DNA of 64,000 bases from Rhizophagus irregularis (Eukaryota), in NCBI RefSeq assembly GCF_026210795.1, contig NC_089436.1, positions 1,426,001 through 1,490,000 of the forward strand, read 5' to 3'. Of the stretch, positions 54,205-64,000 are shown in pieces (the first letter of the stretch is position 1; each line of letters begins with the position of its first letter). The notes below the pieces were generated by a model, which was not told where the DNA came from, searched no databases, and saw only the letters and a list, made by a program, of their open reading frames with translations. The position numbers and the translations under genes are program-made.

Positions 54205-54705
54205 TCAGTTTTTCTTCTTCCTTGACGACCTTTAAATGGATGAATTACACACAATCCCAATGATCATAAATTCTTCTGATCTCATACACAGTAGAAACGC
54301 CAATGTAAAGACTAAGAGCAGTTTCTATTGCTGAAAACCCATCAAGTTGATGGTAAATGATACGGTATCCGATCAAAATCTCGACAGTCACTTGCACGAC
54401 TAACACAAGATCGACAACAAAATCTCGACAATCCAAAATCTCGGCAATCCAAAATCCCGACAAGTCATTATATCGACAATTTTGTGATGTGTGTTCTAAT
54501 AAAATAATTTTTGCAATATGTAATATTTAGTTTAAATGTGTTATAATTTTGTCGGGATTTTGACTTATCAGGATTTTGACTTGTCAAGATATTGGATTGT
54601 CGAGATTTTGTTGTCGGTCTTGTATCAGTCGCTCAAATGATTTTTGAGATTTCGTACCAAAACCAAATGATACACCATCTTATATCATTACTTAAAGTCT
54701 ACCAT
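54205..54705 (-). pseudogene. IS630/Tc1-type transposase N-terminal HTH fragment, interrupted by MULE MITE copy 2
   Basis: Removing the MITE and one TSD restores TLSNDIRWCIIYHQLDGFSAIETALSLYIGVSTVYEIRRIYDHWDCV, followed after a frameshift by HPFKGRQGRRK. Confidence 0.65.
54364..54664 (+). mobile_element. Mutator-like MITE, copy 2
   Basis: Perfect 9-bp TSD AAATGATAC (54355-54363, 54665-54673). Termini GGTATCC...AAAACC. Long imperfect TIRs. Confidence 0.9.
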
Positions 54706-55389
54706 GTTAATGCTAAATATTTTAAAAGATGATAAATAAGTAAAATTTAAAACGAAATTAAATCACAATAAGAACCAGAATAGTCTATAATAGTTTTAAA
54801 TTTTCAAAAAAATGTTTCAGAAAAAAAAATCATGCAATATACCTCAGTAAGCAAGAATTATAAGAATCTCAACAAAGTACCGTGAGTTTCGTGATAAAGT
54901 AACTATCTATATATCATAAAATTTATATTAAAATCTTGTATAAAGTAATATATTTATATGGAAAGGAAAAAATCGCGTATTATTATAACAACTTACTGTC
55001 TTGTAATATATTCGTAAAGTTTTAACGCTATAAATTCGCAAAAAAATCGCAAAAATTCTCGTAAATATTAGCAAGTTTCGCGGCAAAAGAACTTTTCATA
55101 TATTATAAAACTTATGTCAAAGCTTTATATAGAGCAGTATGTTCATATGGAAAAAAAAAATCGCGGTTTGTCTTAGTAAAGTGTAAAAGTTTTATATTCG
55201 GGAAAATTAAAATGTAAGTGATCACCGTGTGGCTTGGATTACACATATTTCTGAAAACGGCGATAAAGCCGATCGGATCTGATATTTTAAGCCTGGTGTT
55301 ATTTAAGCCATAAACATAGTGATCATAAGCCTCAATTCATATTATAAGATATTTCTATCATCATACCGAACAACTTTGAGGAAAAAAAA

Positions 55390-57029
55390 ATGGAAGAATC
55401 CCTTTCAAAAGAATGGCAAGATAATAAATCTGATCCTTCATTATCCGAACGAGAAAATCCTCTAAAATTATTAAAGTCAATTAATAAAACACAATTTATA
55501 ACATTTTTCGTAACATATCTTAGTTGGACGTTTGTTTCATTTGACTATTTCATAGTAACATTTACTTTACCTTATATCGCTAAAGATTTTAAGTTGAAAC
55601 CATCTGACGTTGCTGTAAGGTAATTATAATATTCATACTTAATAAATACAAAAATTGCGGGAGCACGTAAATTAAAATTAAATTTTAATTGTTTTATATT
55701 AGCATTACTCTTATGTTAACGTTTCGTCCATTAGGTGCATTAATATTTGGTTTATTATCAGACAAATATGGTAGAAAGTATCCGTTAATGGCGAATATTT
55801 TCATATTTAGTGGATTACAATTAGCTTCTGGATTTGCACCAAATTTTTTAACGTATTCCATTACAAGAGCAATATTCGGAATGGCTATGGGAGGTGAATG
55901 GGGATTAGGAGCTGCTCTTGCGATGGAAGCTTTACCACTTGAAAGTCGTGGGTATTTATTTATTAATTTTTTGTCTATCATCGTTAAAAGTTAAAATTGG
56001 TTGTCAAATATCGATCTCTATTTCAGGTTATTATCGGGTATTTTACAAGAGGGTTATGCTCTTGGATTTCTCCTTGCAGCGGTAGTATATTATGCTGTTA
56101 TTACAAATTGGGGATGGCGCACTACATATTACATAGGATCGTTCCCAATTCTCCTAGTTTTAATAATATATTTTTTAGTACCAGAATCAGAAGAATGGAA
56201 AAGACTGCATGCAGAACGTAAAACAACTAAAATTAATCCACGTGAAAAAACTCGGTCAATCATAATAAATCATTGGAAAATATTTCTTTTCTCTATATTA
56301 CTAATGACGGCGTTAAATTTTATAGTTCATGGTATGATAATTTATAAATATATTGCAAAATGTATACAATTTGTAAATTAATAATATCTTTTTTTCTTTT
56401 TTTTTAAGGTTCGAAAGATTTGTACCCAACATTCTTAAATGTTCAACTTGATTTTACACCAGGTCAAATAACATTTATAACAATAATTGCAAATATAGGA
56501 TCAATAATAGGAGGATTTATAAATGGTTACATTTGCCATTTTCTTGGAAGAAAAAATGCGATGATAACCTTTACATTTTTGGCAGGATGTTTTTTACCTT
56601 TGTACGTTTTGCCAAGAAATTATATTGTGTTAACGATTGGTGCTTTTGCCGTATATCTTTGTATCGGTGTAAGTAAAAAATATACATATATTCATTTATT
56701 TGTGATATTACATCAGTGATCAGTAGTATAACAAGTATAACATTAAAAAAAAAATGATGTTAATGTATCTCTCACTTTACTAGGGTAGTTGGGGTTCTAT
56801 TCCAGCTTATTTGAACGAAATAGCACCAGTTGAATTACGCGGAACTTTTCCTGGATTAGTTTATCAAACTGGTACATTATTAGCTTCTTCTTCTGCGCAG
56901 ATTGAAGCATTTTTTGGTGAAATGATAAAAGAGGAAGGTAGTCCTGATTATGGGTTAACGATCGCTTTATTAACTTCTTTATTTGTTATAGTTATTATTA
57001 TTATTCTAAAATTCACTAATAACGTTTAG
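55390..57029 (+). CDS. Jen1-like MFS carboxylate:H+ symporter (SHS family), 5 exons
   Basis: W...FDYFIV, RPLGALIFGLLSDKYGRKYPL, RAIFGMAMGGEWGLGAALAMEALP..SRG..SGILQEGY, N...HGS.DLYPT, WGSIPAYLNE..P...RGTFPGLVYQ.G. Confidence 0.9.
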
Positions 57030-57460
57030 ATGTGTAAATGATCATCGTGAATGTATTACGTACTACGTAAAAATCTTTGTTAACTATTTATGTTATAAAA
57101 TTTATTTCGCCATACAAATACAAAATTTATAAAAAAATCACGATTCCGGTGAAAAATGATATAATACTAATTATTTATTTATAAATAAAAAAAGTTAATA
57201 AAAGTTATCTCCTATCTTTATTATTGCCGATTTTATAATCGTACAATTTTAGCAGTGCATGCATACGACTGATTGAAAGGAATTTTTTTTCCGGAACCAA
57301 TAATATTTAGATTATTTCATTAAATTAAGATCATTTATTCGTTTATTCATTTAAAAAAAAAAGAAAAAATAATATCATTCGATACATTAATTAATAAAAG
57401 ACTATACATAAATAACAATCATTTATATTATATTGATTATCTAGTTCTAGATTTCTAAAA

Positions 57461-58249
57461 TTATACAGTATAATTCTGAAGGGTGCATTTTTTTCCATCT
57501 GAAGCAGTTCCATCAAAAACTTGGACATTAGTAATACTTTTTTGTTTATCCAAAGTTTTGTAAGTGGATTCAGAAGCAACAAAAAAATCAATATGTTTTC
57601 CACCAAAACCGTGACCTCTATCTTCGACAATTACACATCCGTTATGACGTTTTCCACCGGGTAAGGCCAAATCTACAAGAGCTGGGATAAATAATAATTG
57701 GCCTGGACGAAGGTCATTAGCTGCTACAGTAATAAAAGGTCTGAGAGCATTTCCATTTGCTGCAAGACCGAACGGGAATTTTTTCTTGTCAAGTCTCACA
57801 AAACAGTTAAAAGAAGATCCACATGAACAATCTAATTAATTAATAAGTAAAGAAGAATTAATACTAAAATAATACAAGAATTTTTTTTTTTTATCCATAA
57901 ATTTATATTTACCATCAAAATTAAACACATCTCCAGATTTGCCACGGCCAGATCCTTCCGTTTTCATTTCGATAGCGAAGTCACGATTTACGGTCGCAAC
58001 CGTTCTTTTTTTACAATCTTTAAGTGTGACCACACTATTTGATTTGTGATCCACTTCATTTGCAACCCAATAATAAGTAAATACTGACTTATTTGAAATA
58101 AGTTTTGTAAAAGGAGAGGTGGCGCGTCTTTCAATTGTTGATGAAATCAACTCATCAGCAGAAAGTTGGGATGTTGGAAAAGAAAGAGATAAGGTTGCGA
58201 TCATCAAAGTGAAAGTAAGAATTAAGAGGAAGGCGAGGGATTTGAACAT
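57461..58249 (-). CDS. Secreted 3D-domain (MltA-like double-psi beta-barrel) protein, paralog A (2 exons)
   Basis: Signal peptide plus ERR; FTYYWV...MKTEGSG; intron 57912-57832; TVAANDLRPG..LFIP...VEDRGHGFGGKHIDFFV resembles the 3D consensus AVD..IP.G...EDTG..IKG..IDIF. Confidence 0.75.
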
Positions 58250-60136
58250 TTTGAAAATATATTGATATTATGTAAATTTACAGTAATTATGTTACAAGAA
58301 ATTGTTACAAGAAATTATTTACTATATAATAAAATGTACGTGAGAAATATTTTCAAAATGAAGGAGTTCTCTTTCTTCAAAGGAAATGAATGTAAAAAAA
58401 TTAAAAAAATTAGAAAAAAAAATATTTTTTTTTTACGTGAAGGACATGAAGTTGACCTAAGACATGAGCCTATGATTTTATATGTTTTTTTTTCGAGATA
58501 AAAAAATCGGAGAAATATGAAATATGAAAAAAAAAATATTAACACAAAAGTTTTCCGTGTATCCACATGTATTCTTTGATTTCGTGTTTACTTGGTACAA
58601 AAGAAAAACAAATTCCTCTTGTAAGATATTATATGCATTTTAAAATGATGGCTTTGTCAATTAAATTAAATTTATCCGACAAATTCGCATCATTATTCAA
58701 TTTATGATAATTGATAAAGTGATAAATTGATAATAATTGATAATGCATTATAATAATAACGGAAAGAATGGCTTAAGTAAGTTCAATTTATAAAATAACA
58801 GATGATAAAAAGAAATTTTATAATAATTAACTTCTCTCTCAAAATTTAATAAGTCACCTGACTTTAAGAAGATTTTTTAGAATCGTTATTATTATTAAAC
58901 AATTCAAAAATTTAATATAGTGATTATTATATTTGGTTAAAATATCTATTGAAAAACCCTCGCCACTTTATGTTGAAAAGAATTGATGAAATTGGTTACC
59001 GAATTATAGGTTCATATGTCAAATATTATGCATTATGCATCTAATTTAGCACTTAAACATATTTAGAAGTTTTTAGTTATAATACTTCTTATTTTTTCTG
59101 TACGCTAAAAATAAATTCTTACTCCGATTTGATTTCCTTAATATGAAAGAGGATTGTAATAAACTTTATTTTAATTATAACTTGCATTAAAGAATATCAT
59201 AAAAATTTGAAAGGGATTCAAATAAAGAAAAACAATAATAATAATAAATACAGTAAATAAAAATTTATATTTTTTTATTATGCAAATAAGATTGTTCCCG
59301 ACTATCCGTATCTTTAATGCAACTTGAATCAGCCAACCAAACTTAGATATATAACAATACAATTTGAATGAACCAACCACGGATCGGTTGTTATGAAATA
59401 CTAATATTATTAATTCTCCATTCAAATTATTCGAATTCAAACCATTTCAAAAACATGAAAAAAAGGGAAAACAAAGAAATTTAAAATTTCTACAAAAATA
59501 AAATATTTTTTGACCAAAATTACATGATTGACAGCTCCAAAAGGAGAAATTCCTAAATAAGGATATTAATATAAATGTTCAAAAAAAGATAAGATGTTAC
59601 GCAAATAAAACTTTCAATGAAAAGATTGATATTATTATAATAAAGGCTAAATTTTATTCTATTTTTCTTGAAACATTAAGTAGTGCATAAATACAGTTAG
59701 ATTAGGAAATTGAATCCAGAATTCAAAAATGTTCATACATAAGATTTTCACTTGATTGGTTACTTAATAAAATCGTAGTTATTAATAAAATCTAAGTTCA
59801 AATTTTTCTAAAAAAAAATTATATGAAACAAAAATCTTGTCGGCTACGACAAAAACGTTACGATATAATATTAAAATCTTTAACTATTTAAGTCTAATTA
59901 CATTTTTTTTTTTTGCCATTGTACACTTTTCATATTTTGATACATAGACGCAAAATGTCGTGTTTTCGTTGTGTTTATCATTTGATTTCTACGCGTAGGA
60001 ACAGATTTTTTACGATATCCTATCACTTTTCAACAAGTATAAAATGGAGGCATTCATAAGCCTAGAATTTTTTTCTTCAGGAAAAAAAAAATCAGAACAT
60101 TTCCTTTAAATTTTAGTAAATATACATCAGATAAAA

Positions 60137-60883
60137 ATGAACAAACTCATTATCTTATTAACGGTTTTCACAATTTTTTTCACTTTTATTTCATCGTTTC
60201 CAACAACTTTTGATAAACGTCAATCATTTACCCCAGCTAAAAATATATCAAGTAAATCGGAATTCACTTATTACTGGGTTTCATTCGAAAATGATTTCAA
60301 AAGTACCAAAACAGCTGATGTTAAAACATGCAAAGGTAAATTAATTGCAACGGTAAATTTGGATTTTGCTATTGATATGAAAACGGAAGGAACTGGTATA
60401 ACTAAGTCCGGTAGAGTCATTAATCTTGGTGGTAAGTGAATCTTTTTTTTAATGAAAAATAAAGTAAACTTTCTTTCTTTCGTTAATAAATTCGTTTTTT
60501 ATTATAAAATAGATTGTAGCTGTGGTTCAAATTCATTTTCTTGTTTTGAAGAACTTGATAAAACAAAATTTCCTTTCGGCAGTTCATCGAATGAAACACC
60601 ATTGATTCCTTACATTACTGTAGCGGCCAATGATATTCGTGCAGGAACATTACTCTACATTAAAAAACTTGACGGAATGAAATTGCCGAACTCTAAAGTT
60701 CACAATGGTTGCGTTAAAGTTGATGATAATGGTCACGGATTCGGGGGAAAACATATTGATTGGTTTGTCGTTAAAGAATCTAATTATGAGTTCTTGGATA
60801 ATAGAGATCCATTCACTAGTGTTGTAGTATCCAATGGTACATTACCAAATGGACAAAAATGTGCTCTTTTAAATTATTCATAA
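60137..60883 (+). CDS. Secreted 3D-domain (MltA-like double-psi beta-barrel) protein, paralog B (2 exons)
   Basis: Signal peptide plus DKR; FTYYWV...MKTEGTG; intron 60432-60512; TVAANDIRAG..LYI...HNGCVKVDDNGHGFGGKHIDWFV. Confidence 0.75.
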
Positions 60884-61820
60884 TATGTACAAATCTTTTC
60901 TTTTTTTAATTTTTAATAGCTTAGAAGATTTTAATTTTATAAATTACAACTATAGATATGTATTTACTTAATATATACTGTACAGTAATTGGTTCGGATC
61001 TGGAATTCGAATAATTGTTTTTGAATCACTTTTTGTAATAAATTTTGAATTAATAATATATTAACTGAAGTAAATAATATTATATATTGACAATATCGGT
61101 TGTTTATTTGTTCTCTCCTTTTCTCTATGGAATCGAACAAATATTTATTCTACTTTAATCTTCACATTCCTAATAACAATAATAAAAATAATAATATCAC
61201 GCAAACAAGATTTGAATCATGAATAAATTTGAAAAAAATTGACTGCGGTTTTAACAGCCTTCAACTACTTTTAACTACATACTTTTTAGGCTAATAGATA
61301 TTTAATCACATGATCACGGCTAAAATTCGTTGACTTTCGCTTTGTTAAATACTAAGCCTCATAAGTCACAATAATATAAAAAAAAAATCTACACACAGCC
61401 TCCTCTAAATCTTTCTATTTATCTTCAACATATTGCGGAATTGAATTGTTATAGTTATCAAGAGCCACGTTTACTTTACGGTTAACCCGTTAATGTGTTA
61501 GTAAATATCTGAGATGGTCCATTTTAAAAAGAAAAAAAAAATTATGTAGTATGATTTTATGAATTCGAAAGATTTCTTATTGATTAGAATAATAAAGAAC
61601 ATAAAAAAACCCCAATTTTGATCCCGTGAACATTTATGATTATAAAATTCTTTAAAATTTTGTAATTGAATTTAAAAAAACCATTTTTATTTTTATTTGA
61701 TATCAAAAAGTCACGTACCGTAAGATAGGATAAACGAAAAGTTCAAAGAAAAAGTCTTAATAAACATATAAAGCTTCTTTTTCCCTCGTACTTTCTCTTT
61801 TTAAAAAGATATCATTCATC

Positions 61821-63854
61821 ATGCCTGATTCAAATGGAGAAACAACTACATTAGAATTCTTTATAGGATTCTTAGTATCAGTATTTGCTTCAATAATGTA
61901 CGCAGCAGGACTGAATTTATTAAAAGCGGATCATGTAGCAAACGAAAAATTACCCAAAGAAAACCAACGTGTTGATTGTAGTAGACCAAAATGGCATCTA
62001 GGTTTATACTTATATGTCGTTAGTCAGGCCGTTGGAAGTACAGTAGCATTAAGTAAGTTTTTTTTTTTACGATATTTTTTTTATGTCGACGAATTTGCTC
62101 CTTATATTTATCATACATTAACTTCAAAATAATAGATTATTTAAAGACTCAATGGGTAGCGCCACTTGGGTCTATATCATTGATATTTAATTTCATTTTC
62201 GCTAAATTACTTGTTGGAACAGAAATTACAAATAAGGATGTTATAGGAACATTTATTGTATTAATATCAGTATGCTGGATTGTTTTCTCTGGAGGTCAGA
62301 GTAACAGCCATGAGGGTAAGTCACAGTAAAGACCTAGCCAATTTAATTTTATGTTTAACAAATCCATCCCTTTCATATAGATACCAAAATAAATTTTTAT
62401 ATAAATAAGGTCTCCCATCCTTTTTTTTTGTTAAACATAATTTTTTAATTGGTACGGCCTAATATACAATTCTCACTTTTTTTTCATTTTTTTCTCACTA
62501 TTTTCTTTCTGTCTTAATAATGTATTAGAATCATCATTAACAATGAATTCTTTAAAGTCACTAATAATACGACCAGTATTCATTATATTTTTCTCAATAT
62601 TAAATTTTATAACATTGATATTGCTTTTTGGAGGAATATATTGTAAATGGATCCTATTAAATGAAAAACGTAAGGAACGCAGTGGATGTTTTAAAAACAT
62701 TGGAACACCAAACTTAAAGAAATTGACTGGTATCGATATAGCAATAGTTGCTGGATTATTTGCCAGTCAAACTCTTCTCTTGGCTAAATCTGGGTAATTA
62801 TCCAAAATATGAAAAAAAATTTCGTTATTACGAAAAACAATTTTTTTTTCTCAAATTAATATATATATATATATATATAAATACAGGGTGAAATTGGCTT
62901 ATGTTTCAATAAAAACTCAAGTCAATCAATTTACTGACCTGATTGGATGGTTTGTTCTTATATTTCTTATAATAACTGCGATTCTTCAGGTAAATTCTTT
63001 TGTGTTTCACGCGTAAAAAAAAGTATTTCGATTAAAAAATAATTATAATACTTCTTTAGATTGTCTGTTTAAATGAAGCGGTTAAACTTTGTGATTCAGT
63101 ACTAGTAATGCCAATATTCCTTGGCTTATATACTACAATGGGCTTGATAAATACCATGATTTACCTTGATGAATTTTCATCATATCCAGTATGGGCATTA
63201 GTATCAGTATTCGTTGGTATAATAGGTCTCACTTATGGAGTGGTATTATTATCTCATATAAAAGATGATGTATCGACTTCAGATATTGAAGATGAAGATT
63301 TAAATTCGATTCATAAAGATGATGATGATAAATCATTTAGTGGTCTTAGTTCAACATGGAGTAGTGATACCTTGTTTGATAAAAAGAAGAATGCGAAAAA
63401 TAAAAGATGGAGTGGTGGTATTAAAGATTTCTTTAAAAAAGATAATAATAATAATATATCAAAAATGAAAAATCATAAAGGAAGAAGAGGAAAATTTGAA
63501 AAACTAGAGTTAAATGATGATTATGAAGAAAAGAATTCTAGTAGTATATTTGTAGGATTTAAAGGGTTTAAAGGGTTTAAAGGATTTTATCATAATGGAT
63601 CCGTTAAAAGTGATGGTTATAATAGTGAATATAATAGTTATTATAGTAGTGAAAATAATAGTAACTTTAGTATTGGTGATAATAGTGATAATAATAGTGA
63701 TATAGATCTTAATATCAATAATCCAATTATGGTGAAAGAATGGAGTGGAGATTTAGGTAGTATAATTAATCTAGATAAACTTATTACTGAAAGTGCAATT
63801 GGAAAGAGAATTATCGCGGAAAATATGGAGAAAGAAGGTGGATTGGCTGTATAA
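61821..63854 (+). CDS. NIPA/DUF803-like magnesium transporter family membrane protein (5 exons)
   Basis: AAGLNLLKADH...WHLGLYLY, VAPLGSISLIFNFIFAKLLVG..IT..DVIGT, multiple TM segments, LNEA...DS.LVMP, polar C-terminal tail. Confidence 0.8.
62330..62460. mobile_element. Small degenerate MITE in NIPA intron 2
   Basis: AGACCTAGCCAATTTAATTTTATGTTTAACA vs revcomp AGGCCGTACCAATTAAAAAATTATGTTTAACA. TAA-like flanks. Confidence 0.55.
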
Positions 63855-64000
63855 AAACTCATAAAAATCATGTAAAAAAAGAACAGTTTAACTATATACT
63901 AAATTATCACATGCATATTATAAATAATACAATTTTTAAAACACAATCGTGAATCATAAATGCAATAAAATGTTCAATAATAGGTATAATAGTAATATTT

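Overview
Very AT-rich eukaryotic DNA with many short GT-AG introns. Gene content (a TKL-type kinase with DLG/WTSGN motifs, BTB-SPRY, GT49, FAR1-type MULE relics) points to an early-diverging fungus, most likely an arbuscular mycorrhizal fungus (Glomeromycotina). That taxonomy is an inference. The window has four blocks. (1) 1-11 kb is a nested transposon graveyard: a decayed Ty3/Gypsy gag split by a hAT-like element that carries a ~52-bp hairpin minisatellite, plus a Tc1-like element, a second hAT-like element and a long palindrome. (2) 11-45 kb is a dense run of housekeeping genes: TGS1, makorin, GT49, TRM2/TRMT2A, RFC1, a (pseudo)kinase, eIF1A, F-box, RER1, Fpg, a mitochondrial GGQ release factor, NSA2, MAU2/Scc4, BTB-SPRY and ERG1. 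(3) 45-55 kb is a second TE block with several MITEs, MULE and IS630/Tc1 relics, and an orphan secreted-protein gene bracketed by two MULE MITEs. (4) 55-64 kb holds a Jen1-like transporter, a divergent pair of secreted bacterial-type 3D-domain (MltA-like DPBB) paralogs and a NIPA-like transporter. The best novelty candidates are the secreted 3D-domain pair, the hairpin-array hAT element and the MITE-bracketed secreted orphan. All exon models were assembled by eye and no database searches were run.
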